From assembly GCA_965277805.1 (NCBI GenBank), contig OZ255842.1, positions 1,696,001 through 1,760,000 of the forward strand: DNA of 64,000 nt, in the 5' to 3' direction. Both the position numbers and the translations under genes were made by a program. Of the stretch, positions 19,280 through 27,743 are shown in pieces (position 1 is the stretch's first letter; each line of letters starts with the position of its first letter). The DNA is from Candidatus Lustribacter sp. Lineage in GTDB: Bacteria; Vulcanimicrobiota; Vulcanimicrobiia; Vulcanimicrobiales; Vulcanimicrobiaceae. The notes under the pieces are model-generated. The model worked only from the letters and a program-made list of their open reading frames with translations. It did not search any database and had not been told where the DNA came from.

Positions 19280-19637
19280 GCGAAGTTCGCCGGGTCATCG
19301 CGACGAAACGGTTCGTCGAGGAAAGTCCGGGCTTCATTGGGCAGGGTGCAGGATAACGTCCTGTCGGGGCGACTCGAAGGAAAGTGCCACAGAAACATAC
19401 AGCCTGGGTAACTAGGCAACGGTGAAATCGTGAGGTAAGAGCTCACGGCGATCCACGGTGACGTGGTCGCGCGGTAAACCCCACCTGAAGCAAGATCGCT
19501 CGCATGCCGCGCCTCGCGCGCGGGGACCGGCCCGGTCCAACGAGCCCCATCGCACCGAGGTCTCCGGTAACGGCGGCCCCAGAGAGATGATGACCACCGC
19601 CTGGCGGAACAGAATCCGGCTTACAGGCGGACTTCGC
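19280..19637 (+). ncRNA. rnpB: RNase P RNA, type A
   Basis: GAGGAAAGTCCGGGC, AGTGCCACAGAAA, GGTGAAA, GGTAAACCCC..GCAAG, ACAGAATCCGGCTTA; P1 GCGAAGTTCGCC/GGCGGACTTCGC. Confidence 0.97.
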
Positions 19638-19675
19638 ACACGATTTCGGCCCGAGCGCGTCGAAGTTTGCGACAA

Positions 19676-21397
19676 ATGCCGACCGGCTTATGGCGCTTCT
19701 TGGCGCTGGCGGGCGCCTTGTTCGCGCTCGTTTTTGTCATCGTCGATACGATCGAAGTACGCAGTTCGACCAACGATCACGTACTCGCGGAACCTGCCGA
19801 CGGCCGTTCGTTCAGCCGCCAAGTCGTCATCAGCGTAACCGGGACGCCGCTCGAGAACGGCGGCTTGCGCCCGGGCGATATCGTCGTGCCGCTCTTCCAC
19901 TACACCGCGCGCGTACAACTCGGCGATTCGCCCGCCGGCACGGGCTATCGATGGCGCGTCGAGCGCGGAACGAAGCAATTCGATACGACGTCGTACGTCA
20001 CGCCGCTGGCGCCCGACGAAATCGTATTGACCCAGATCTTCAATGCCATTCGCCTGGCGATGATCCTGATGGCGATCGTGGTTGCCGTACGCCGGCCCGA
20101 CGTCGCCGCGGCCCGCGCGCTCGTCACGTTTCTCGGAGTGATGGGCCTAACGCTGAGCAATGCCGGCGGCTGGCTGCCCGATGCGGGCGTCGCCATCTGG
20201 TATGTGACGCGCGGGCCGCTGCAAATCTTCAGCCTCTCGCAGGGGCTGCTCTTCGCATGCATCTTCCCGTTTGCGTCGTCCGGCGGACTGCGCGATTGGA
20301 TACGGAGGATCAACCCCTGGTACACGCTGGTTACGGCGTGCACGGCGCTCGCGTTAAACGCCAGCATCGTTCTCACCAACACCGCCATCCTCCCGAAGCA
20401 AGGCGTCACGTTCATCGACTGGTCGCCGATGGCGTACTTCCTCGCGATCGCGATCGCGTTCTGGATCGCCGGCGCGCGCTCGACCGGACGCGACCGCCAA
20501 CGTGTGTATTGGGCCGCCGGATCGATCTGCGCCGGCTTCGCCGGACCGGTCATCGTCACGATCGCCGAGTTCGGGTTTCACTACGGTCCCGGGTGGGTGC
20601 CGTATCTGGCGTTGACGCTGATCGCGATGCCGGTCGGCCTCGCGTACACGATCTTGCGCCACCGCACGGTCGACATCGGGTTCGTGATCAGCCGCGCGCT
20701 CGTGCTTACGGTCCTCTCGGCAATCGTCGTGCTGGCGTTCGGTCTACTCGAGCGTCTGCTGGGCAAGTTGTTCATCGATGCGTCGCACATCGCTAGCCGT
20801 TCGGTCGAGATCGCGCTTGCGCTCGGCCTCGGTTTTTCGCTGCGCAGTTTGCACGCGCGCATCGAGCGCATCATCGACCGGCTCTTCTTCCGCCACCGGC
20901 AGCGCGCGCTCTCAACGCTCAAGGCGTTTGCCGACGACGTCTACTTCATCACCGATCCGGACGTCGCGCTCGAGCGCACGGTCGATACCGTGTTCCGTTG
21001 CGCCGATGCGGAAAATGCGGCGATTTACCTGATCGCCGACGGCGTCTTCGGCCGCGCTGCAATCGTCAACGCCGCCGAAATGCCGGCCGAGCTGAGTGCC
21101 GACGATCCGCTGTTCGTCCGCTTGCGCGCGACGCGCGCACCGCAGCAGCCGCGCGAAGTTGGCAGCGGGCTGAATGCCGAGATCGCGTTCCCGATGTTCG
21201 TCCGTGCCACGCTCGTCGGCGCGCTGGTCCTCGCGGCCAAACGTTCGGGCGAAGCCTACGATCCCGAAGAAAACGCACTCTTAACAGAACTGGCCCAGCG
21301 CGTCGGCCTCGCGCTGGATGCCCTGCAAACGCTCGCAATGCGGCGCGAACTCGAGAGTCTCATGGGTGCAACCGGCGGGGCCGCCACGGCGTTATAG
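19676..21397 (+). CDS. Multi-TM membrane sensor with PDZ-like periplasmic region and C-terminal GAF domain
   Basis: GTPLENGGLRPGDIV (PDZ-like); YTILRHRTVDIGFVISRAL; GALVLAAKRSGEAYDPEE (GAF). Confidence 0.8.
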   Translation: MPTGLWRFLALAGALFALVFVIVDTIEVRSSTNDHVLAEPADGRSFSRQVVISVTGTPLENGGLRPGDIVVPLFHYTARVQLGDSPAGTGYRWRVERGTKQFDTTSYVTPLAPDEIVLTQIFNAIRLAMILMAIVVAVRRPDVAAARALVTFLGVMGLTLSNAGGWLPDAGVAIWYVTRGPLQIFSLSQGLLFACIFPFASSGGLRDWIRRINPWYTLVTACTALALNASIVLTNTAILPKQGVTFIDWSPMAYFLAIAIAFWIAGARSTGRDRQRVYWAAGSICAGFAGPVIVTIAEFGFHYGPGWVPYLALTLIAMPVGLAYTILRHRTVDIGFVISRALVLTVLSAIVVLAFGLLERLLGKLFIDASHIASRSVEIALALGLGFSLRSLHARIERIIDRLFFRHRQRALSTLKAFADDVYFITDPDVALERTVDTVFRCADAENAAIYLIADGVFGRAAIVNAAEMPAELSADDPLFVRLRATRAPQQPREVGSGLNAEIAFPMFVRATLVGALVLAAKRSGEAYDPEENALLTELAQRVGLALDALQTLAMRRELESLMGATGGAATAL

Positions 21398-21410
21398 CGA
21401 ACTGAAGACC

Positions 21411-21803
21411 ATGCCGCATTTCGACAAAAACCTCACCGTCGAGCAAGCGTTCAAGACGCATGCCGGCGCACGCCGCGTGTTCGCGCGCTTTCATCTCGGC
21501 GGTTGCTCCAACTGTGCGATCAGCGAAACCGAGACGATCGAGCAGGTAAGCGAAGGCTACGGCATCCCGCTCAACGTCCTGATGGACGACCTCGAGAAGC
21601 TGTTCGATCAGCCCGCGCTCGAAGTCGGCGACGCGGTGCGTCTGCCCGATGAAATTCGCTCGAAGATCCCGCAACTGGCCGGGGTTCCGGAGCTGGGCAA
21701 AGTGACCGACTTCGCGGCCGGCGCCTACACGGTCGAGTTCGGCGACGTGCGGCTCCAAGGGCTCGCGGAAGACTTTATCAAGGCGGAAACCGCCTCCGCG
21801 TAA
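21411..21803 (+). CDS. DUF1858-domain (redox disulfide) protein
   Basis: VFARFHLGGCSNCAISETETIEQVSEGYGI. Confidence 0.75.
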   Translation: MPHFDKNLTVEQAFKTHAGARRVFARFHLGGCSNCAISETETIEQVSEGYGIPLNVLMDDLEKLFDQPALEVGDAVRLPDEIRSKIPQLAGVPELGKVTDFAAGAYTVEFGDVRLQGLAEDFIKAETASA

Positions 21804-21810
21804 CGGTTGG

Positions 21811-21837
21811 GGCGGTCCCTCGACAAGCTCGGGATGA
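21811..21837 (-). repeat. REP-like palindrome copy 3
   Basis: Reverse complement reads TCATCCCGAGCTTGTCGAGGGACCGCC; 7 nt after the stop codon. Confidence 0.9.
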
Positions 21838-21850
21838 ACACCACTATAAC

Positions 21851-21881
21851 AAAGAGCCGCGTTTGCGGCTCTTTTCGTTTT
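21851..21881. terminator. Intrinsic terminator, probably bidirectional
   Basis: AAAGAGCCGC-GTTT-GCGGCTCTTT followed by T-rich tail, between convergent genes. Confidence 0.8.
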
Positions 21882-22257
21882 ACGACTCGAGGGGTTTGCG
21901 GTCGCTGAAGGTCTCGTCGGTGCCGTGCCAGTGGGAGAGTTGGGGTTCGCCCGCTTTCCAGCACAAGTAGATTGGGCGGCCTTCCCGGATCGACGGGAAG
22001 TCGAGTAAGCCCAGATCGATGTCCTTCACGACGCAGCCGTAGGCCTCGATGCGGTTGATGAGGTGCACGACCTCGGCCTTGAGGTCGGTGAAGCGTCGGG
22101 CGGGCCGGCGCCCGGGGACGTTCCGCGCCGCGCGCAGCGCCGGATCGCTCTCAAGGAGCCGAATGGCAAGCTCGCGGCGCTTCTCCCACAGCTGTTCGAC
22201 CAGCGGTGTGAGGACCGGGATGAGGGCGTTGGCTCGTTCAGGCGAAAAGACATGCAT
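21880..22257 (-). CDS. DUF2203 family protein
   Basis: FSPERANALIP; GCVVKDIDLGLLDFP..YLCWKAGE..HWH..F..RKPL. Confidence 0.88.
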   Translation of the reverse strand: MHVFSPERANALIPVLTPLVEQLWEKRRELAIRLLESDPALRAARNVPGRRPARRFTDLKAEVVHLINRIEAYGCVVKDIDLGLLDFPSIREGRPIYLCWKAGEPQLSHWHGTDETFSDRKPLES

Positions 22258-22258
22258 A

Positions 22259-23113
22259 GTGAGGCGCTTAGTCATCGTAACGGGGCTTTCAGGTGCAGGC
22301 AAGAGCCAGGCCATGAAATCGTTCGAGGATTTCGGCTTCGCGTGCCTGGACAATGTGCCCCCGGTACTCGCTCCGGCATTCGTCGATCTGGTCCGCACCA
22401 GCGATCGCGATGCCGCCGCGCTCGCCTTCGACGTGCGGTCCGGCGGCGCATTCGGTGAGGCCACGACCACCCTCGAGCAGCTCCTCAACGACGGTCACCA
22501 CCCGGAAGTCCTCTTCCTCGACGCCGATGACGAGACGCTGGTCCGGCGCTACAGTGAAACGCGCCGCCGCCATCCGCTCTACGGTACCGCCTCGACGCTG
22601 ATCGAGGCGATCGCAGCCGAACGGGCATCGCTAGCGGAGTTGCGCGACCGCGCCGACTTCCTCTGGGACACCACGAACTTCACCCAAGCGACGCTCAAGG
22701 AACACATCGCCTCGACCTTCGTCAGCAATGGACAGCATCACACGCGCACGACTGTGATCGCGTTCGGCTTCAAGTACGGCGTCCCGCTCGATGCCGACTG
22801 GACGTTCGACGTGCGCTTTCTTCCCAACCCGCACTATGAGCTCGCCCTTCGGCCGCTCAACGGCAACGACCCCGAGGTCGCTGCGTTTCTCGAAGTATCG
22901 AGCGACCTCGAACCCTTTCTGGACCGCCTCTTCTCGCTGGTCGACTTCGTCGTGCCGCGTGCGCGCGCCGAGGGCAAATCGCAACTCACCTTCGCGATCG
23001 GCTGTACCGGCGGACGCCACCGCTCGGTGTACGTCGCGCGGCGCTTGGCACGGCATCTGATCGAGACCGGCGAAGATGCGCCGGCCATCGAGGAGCGCGA
23101 TCTGCAGCGATGA
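22259..23113 (+). CDS. rapZ: RNase adapter/nucleotide-binding protein RapZ (YvcJ)
   Basis: VTGLSGAGKS, RRYSETRRRHPL, FGFKYG, DVRFLPNP, GCTGGRHRSV. Confidence 0.96.
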   Translation: MRRLVIVTGLSGAGKSQAMKSFEDFGFACLDNVPPVLAPAFVDLVRTSDRDAAALAFDVRSGGAFGEATTTLEQLLNDGHHPEVLFLDADDETLVRRYSETRRRHPLYGTASTLIEAIAAERASLAELRDRADFLWDTTNFTQATLKEHIASTFVSNGQHHTRTTVIAFGFKYGVPLDADWTFDVRFLPNPHYELALRPLNGNDPEVAAFLEVSSDLEPFLDRLFSLVDFVVPRARAEGKSQLTFAIGCTGGRHRSVYVARRLARHLIETGEDAPAIEERDLQR

Positions 23114-24462
23114 AGCGTCCGATCGATTTCGTACGCTGGTTCATGCCGGGGCTGGGCGTCAAACGCTGGCTCGTAATCGCTGTGTTCGGCGCGGTGCTGT
23201 TCGTCAACGGCGCATCGCGCTGGCTCACCGACGAGGGCGCCCACGTCGGCGTCAACGAGCTGGTCGACTGGATGGTCGGAGACTTCTTCCCCCCGGCCGA
23301 TCTTTCGTATGTCTTTCTCGTGCTCGGTTTGGTTCTCGTCGCCGTCGGCATCTGGCGCTGGCTCAACTCGATCGTGAGCGCGGTGCGCCCCTACGGTACG
23401 GAACGCATGATCGACGCGCTGCTCGAAACGCGGCTCAAGCGCGGCTACAAAATCGTGACGATCGGCGGCGGCACCGGCCTCTCGACGCTCTTGCGCGGCC
23501 TCAAAAAACACACCTCGAACCTCACCGCCGTCGTCACCGTCAGCGACGACGGCGGCAGTTCGGGCCGACTGCAAAAAGAACTCGGCGTGTTGCCGCCGGG
23601 CGACATTCGCAACTGCCTCGTCGCGCTGGCCGACGACGAAGCACTGGTCACCGATCTCTTCCGCTATCGCTTCACTGACGGCGAAGGGCTCACCGGACAT
23701 TCCTTCGGCAACCTGTTTCTCGCCGCACTCACCGGCATCACCGGAAATTTCGACGATGCGATCAAGGTATCGAGCCGCGTGCTGAACATCAAAGGGCGCG
23801 TGCTGCCGGCCACGCTCGCCGTGGCGCAGCTGTGCGCCAAGCTCAGCAACGGAATGCTGGTCGAGGGCGAATCCGCGATCTCGCGTTCGTCCTCGCCGAT
23901 CGACCACGTCTTCCTCGATCCGCCGCAAGCGGAGCCGCTGGCTGAAGTGATCGAGGCCATCCGCGATGCCGACGCGATCGTGCTCGGCCCGGGCTCGCTC
24001 TACACCTCGATCATGCCGAACCTGCTCGTGCAGCGCGTGGCACATGAGATCGAAACCGCGAACGCGGTGAAGATCTACGTCTGCAACGTCATGACGCAAC
24101 CGGGTGAGACCGTCGACTACTCAGCCGCCAAACACGTCGAAGCGCTGATCGCCAACGCCAAAGCCCGCGTATGCGATATCGTGATCGTCAACGACGAGTT
24201 GCCCCGCAAACTGCTCGACGTGTACGCTGAGGAACGGCAACTGCCCGTGGTCGTCGACAAGACGCGGCTCGACCGCATGCGCGTCCAGACCGTTCGCGCG
24301 GCGGTGATCAGCGAGACCGATACGGTGCGGCACGATCCGGAAAAACTCGCCGCGGTTGTCATCGGCGTGATCGATCAGCAAATCGCGGAGCGCGCATCGT
24401 ACGTGAAGTTCAAATCGGCGCCGGCCGAAGCCGAGCCCAGCGCGCCGTCGTCGCGCGGATAA
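23110..24462 (+). CDS. yvcK: Gluconeogenesis factor YvcK with N-terminal TM extension
   Basis: IGGGTGLS, DDGGSSG, PPGDIRNC, GHSFGNL, GPGSLYTS, NVMTQPGET. Confidence 0.95.
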   Translation: MKRPIDFVRWFMPGLGVKRWLVIAVFGAVLFVNGASRWLTDEGAHVGVNELVDWMVGDFFPPADLSYVFLVLGLVLVAVGIWRWLNSIVSAVRPYGTERMIDALLETRLKRGYKIVTIGGGTGLSTLLRGLKKHTSNLTAVVTVSDDGGSSGRLQKELGVLPPGDIRNCLVALADDEALVTDLFRYRFTDGEGLTGHSFGNLFLAALTGITGNFDDAIKVSSRVLNIKGRVLPATLAVAQLCAKLSNGMLVEGESAISRSSSPIDHVFLDPPQAEPLAEVIEAIRDADAIVLGPGSLYTSIMPNLLVQRVAHEIETANAVKIYVCNVMTQPGETVDYSAAKHVEALIANAKARVCDIVIVNDELPRKLLDVYAEERQLPVVVDKTRLDRMRVQTVRAAVISETDTVRHDPEKLAAVVIGVIDQQIAERASYVKFKSAPAEAEPSAPSSRG

Positions 24463-25597
24463 CGTCCGGCGCGTCGCGCATAGCGCGCTCGCGTGCGGCC
24501 GCGTCGGCCGGATCGTCGACGAGCGCGATGCACGTCACCCCACGGGCTGCGAGTTCCGGGACCACCCCCGGATCGACGCTGCCGCCCACCGCGACCACAT
24601 CCACATCCGCCAACGCCGCCAAAGCGGCGATGCCGCTGACGACCTTGCCGTCGAGCGACTGACGATCGATACGCCCCTCGCCCGTCACGCACAGGGCTGC
24701 TCCGCGCAGTTTGTCCGCAAGCCCCGTCAGCTTCGCCACGACGTCGAAGCCGCGGACGAGCTGCGCGCCGGCAAATGTGGCCAGCCCCCACCCGAGCCCC
24801 CCGGCCGCTCCGGAACCCGGGAACGCCCGCAGATCGCGGCGGACCGTGGCCGCGGCGACGTCCGCCAGCCGCGTCAGGACGGACTCGAGGAAAGCGACGT
24901 CGGCCGGGCTCGCGCCCTTCTGCGGTCCGTACACGGCGGCCGCGCCCGACGGGCCCAGAAGCGGGTTTTCGACGTCGCAGGCGATCTCGATCGTCGCGGT
25001 CGCAAGGCGCGGATCGAGGCCGTTCAGGTCGATCGAGGCCAGGGCCGCCATGGTCGCCGGCACCGGCACCAGCACCTCGCCGCCGGCGTCGCGGAAGCGC
25101 ACGCCCAGGGCCGCGAGGGCGCCGGCACCCCCGTCGGTGGTCGCCGAACCGCCGATGCCGAGGACGATGTGCGTGGCGCCGCGTTCGAGGGCGTCGAAGA
25201 TCAGCAGCCCCGTTCCGAACGTCGAGGCGAGGCGCGGGGCCGGCGGGCCGGTCAACGTGACCAGGCCCGAGGCGGCAGCCATCTCGATGATCGCCGTTGG
25301 GCCCGACCGGGCGTAGACGGCTTCGACCGGCGCCCCGAGTGCGTCGACCGTCTTCACCCGCTGCGGCATCGCGCCACCTTCGAGGAACGCGGCCACGGTG
25401 CCGTCGCCGCCGTCCGCCATCGGGATCAGCGTTGCGGTGAAGCCGTCGCCCCACGCGTCGCGCAGGCCGAGCACGATCGCGTCGCCCGCCTCGCGCGCGG
25501 TGCAACTGCCCTTGAACTTATCCGGCGCCACGACGACGCGTGGCGGGTTAGACCGCGACGAAGCCTTCTTCCACGTCCTGCCGGTCGAGATTGGCAA
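24410..25597 (-). CDS. Glycerate kinase (GlxK/GarK family); start uncertain
   Basis: APDKFKGS, MADGGDGT, GGSATTDGGAG, GSGAAGGLG, TGEGRIDRQSLDGK. Confidence 0.93.
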   Translation of the reverse strand: MPISTGRTWKKASSRSNPPRVVVAPDKFKGSCTAREAGDAIVLGLRDAWGDGFTATLIPMADGGDGTVAAFLEGGAMPQRVKTVDALGAPVEAVYARSGPTAIIEMAAASGLVTLTGPPAPRLASTFGTGLLIFDALERGATHIVLGIGGSATTDGGAGALAALGVRFRDAGGEVLVPVPATMAALASIDLNGLDPRLATATIEIACDVENPLLGPSGAAAVYGPQKGASPADVAFLESVLTRLADVAAATVRRDLRAFPGSGAAGGLGWGLATFAGAQLVRGFDVVAKLTGLADKLRGAALCVTGEGRIDRQSLDGKVVSGIAALAALADVDVVAVGGSVDPGVVPELAARGVTCIALVDDPADAAARERAMRDAPDVIRATTARWARLRPAPI

Positions 25598-25901
25598 GGC
25601 GCTCGTCGATCAGCCAGCGATTCGCCTCGTCCCGGCGCGCATCGCTCACCCGGGCACGAACCCAGGTCAGGATCTCGTCGTCGGTGTCGCACGAATCGAG
25701 TGCGGCGTCGAACATCCGCGACGTGATCCCCCAGCGGTCAAAGACGCCGCGGTCCATCGGACACGGATAGATGTAGTCGAAGATCGTCCCGTCCCGCGAA
25801 GCTCGGGCTTTATCGAACACCCGCCTAAGCCACAGGAAGCCGTCGATCTCATCGCGCCCGCGACGTGGGAAATCACGGCCGCTTCGAAAGTCCGTCGCCA
25901 T
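25548..25901 (-). CDS. DUF5069-like protein
   Basis: FPRRGRDEIDGFLWLRRVFDKARA..DYIYPCPMD. Confidence 0.75.
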   Translation of the reverse strand: MATDFRSGRDFPRRGRDEIDGFLWLRRVFDKARASRDGTIFDYIYPCPMDRGVFDRWGITSRMFDAALDSCDTDDEILTWVRARVSDARRDEANRWLIDERLANLDRQDVEEGFVAV

Positions 25902-25938
25902 GGCACCCATAACGCCGTATTGCGGCTAGCCGTTGCGC

Positions 25939-27045
25939 CTAAGCGGGCAACTTCGCGGCGCGGGGCACCGTAACGGCGAACCTCGCCCCGCCGAGCGGGC
26001 TGTCATGAATCTCCACCCGCCCGCCGGCGCGCTCGAGAATCATCCGTACGAGCGCTAGGCCGATGCCCGAACCGTCGGCCGCCGTCGCTCCACGCTCGCC
26101 GAGCGCAAAGACGCGCTCGCGATCCCGCGGCGCAATCCCGGGACCGTCATCGTCGACGGCGATCGTGACCGCGCGCGGGGAATCGCATTCCACCGCGACC
26201 TCGATCCGGCCGCCGCGCCGTCCGTGTTTAACGGCATTGGCGATCAGGTTGATGAGCACCAGCATCAAGCGGTCCGCGTCGATCGCGACGGCGACCGCTG
26301 AGCTCGTAGCAACGTGCAGCTCGGTCCCGTGCTGTGCGGCGATTGCCGCGCTCGCCTCGGCCGCACCGGCGAGCGCAGCATCTACCGAGCCGGACGACGG
26401 GCGTCCGAACATGCCCGAGAGATCGAGCAGCGAGACTTCGAACATGCCTTCGAGCAAACGGGTGAGGCGCAATGATTCCGCGTGCGCGATGCGAACGAAG
26501 CGGCGGCGCGTGGGTTCGTCGGCGTCGTCGTCGAGCAGCGTTTCCAGATAGCCGCGAATCGACGCGAGCGGCGTGCGAAGTTCGTGACCGATCGCAGAAA
26601 AGAACGCGTAGCGCTCGCGCTCCTGCGCGCCGCGCGCCAACGCCGGACCGATCGCCGAGGCTGCTCCGGCACCGCCGCGCGCGTCGTAACGCGTCCAGCC
26701 CGCCTCGACGTCGAGCTCCGTGAGCCCCTCGATCGTCGCCGCGATGCGCGCGAGCGCGCTGCGGATGTCGACCGGTGCGGGCAACTGGTGGCCGTCGCGC
26801 GTCGGCGCGATTAGCGCGGCGAGAAACGCATCCGTGCCGCGATCGTGCGCGATGAGATCTTCGGCGCGCAACACGCGCGCCGTCGCCGCGGCAAACGCAA
26901 CGCTTGCGCGACGCTCGATCGTACGCGCCGCGCGCAAACCGCGTTGCCAGGCCGTGCGCTCGAGCGCGGGCAAGCGAAAGACGAGCAGCGGTACGCCCTC
27001 ACCGGATCCGCCGGCGAGCCGCGCGTCGAGTTCAGCAACGCGCAA
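25939..27045 (-). CDS. Cytoplasmic sensor histidine kinase
   Basis: HELRTPL, NLIANAVKH, DDDGPGI, GSGIGL; no TM segment. Confidence 0.92.
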   Translation of the reverse strand: MRVAELDARLAGGSGEGVPLLVFRLPALERTAWQRGLRAARTIERRASVAFAAATARVLRAEDLIAHDRGTDAFLAALIAPTRDGHQLPAPVDIRSALARIAATIEGLTELDVEAGWTRYDARGGAGAASAIGPALARGAQERERYAFFSAIGHELRTPLASIRGYLETLLDDDADEPTRRRFVRIAHAESLRLTRLLEGMFEVSLLDLSGMFGRPSSGSVDAALAGAAEASAAIAAQHGTELHVATSSAVAVAIDADRLMLVLINLIANAVKHGRRGGRIEVAVECDSPRAVTIAVDDDGPGIAPRDRERVFALGERGATAADGSGIGLALVRMILERAGGRVEIHDSPLGGARFAVTVPRAAKLPA

Positions 27046-27721
27046 ACTTGTAGCCGAAGCCGTGAATCGTCTGCACCAGCCGCGGCAGCGCCGCCTCGTC
27101 TTCGAGCTTGGCTCGCAAACGCCGCACGTGCACGTCGACCGTACGCTCGTCGCCCTCGAACTCGAAGCCCCACACGGCCTGCAGCAACGCAGCGCGGGAG
27201 AACGCCACGCCGGGATTGCTCGCCAGTTGCAGCATCAAGGCAAACTCGCGCGGCTTGAGCGCGATGTCGACGCCGTCGACGCGCACCTCCCGGGCGGCCT
27301 CGTCGACCTCGAGCCGGTCGAAGCGCAAAAGCACGGGCGGCGCGTCGACCGCGATCCCGCCGCGCCGCGCGAGCGCCCGCACCCGCGCGATCAGTTCGCG
27401 CGGCGAAAACGGTTTGCTGACGTAGTCGTCGGCGCCGAGTTCTAGCCCGATCACGCGATCGACCTCATCGCCGCGCGCGGTCACCATCACGACCGGCAGG
27501 CCGCGGCCTTCGCGCCGAAGCGTCCGCACGATATCGAAGCCGTCGACGACCGGCAGCCCGACATCGAGCAGCAGCAGGTCGGCGCCGGCGCGGATGGCGC
27601 GCAGCGTCGAGGGACCGTCGCCCGTTTCCGTGCAGCGAAAGCCCTCGCGCGCGAGATGGTGGACGAGCAATTCACGAATCGGGGCGTCGTCTTCTGCGAC
27701 GACGATACGCAACGCGGCCAT
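27032..27721 (-). CDS. OmpR/PhoB-family response regulator
   Basis: LLDVGLP, GADDYVSKPF, RTVDVHVRRLRAKL, TIHGFGYK. Confidence 0.95.
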   Translation of the reverse strand: MAALRIVVAEDDAPIRELLVHHLAREGFRCTETGDGPSTLRAIRAGADLLLLDVGLPVVDGFDIVRTLRREGRGLPVVMVTARGDEVDRVIGLELGADDYVSKPFSPRELIARVRALARRGGIAVDAPPVLLRFDRLEVDEAAREVRVDGVDIALKPREFALMLQLASNPGVAFSRAALLQAVWGFEFEGDERTVDVHVRRLRAKLEDEAALPRLVQTIHGFGYKFARC

Positions 27722-27743
27722 ACGGCCCGCAGTGCCCGTCCGG

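Noticed and set aside
19124-19838. ORFs overlapping tRNA-Ala and rnpB (also 43805-44260 over two tRNAs)
   Set aside because: Explained by the structural RNA genes.
24410-24462. 53-bp convergent overlap of yvcK and glycerate kinase
   Set aside because: Low-complexity tails; such overlaps are common in compact high-GC genomes.
25520-25597. Glycerate kinase as another non-canonical start
   Set aside because: An in-frame TTG exists at 25597 and no single near-cognate codon with an SD stands out; unresolved.
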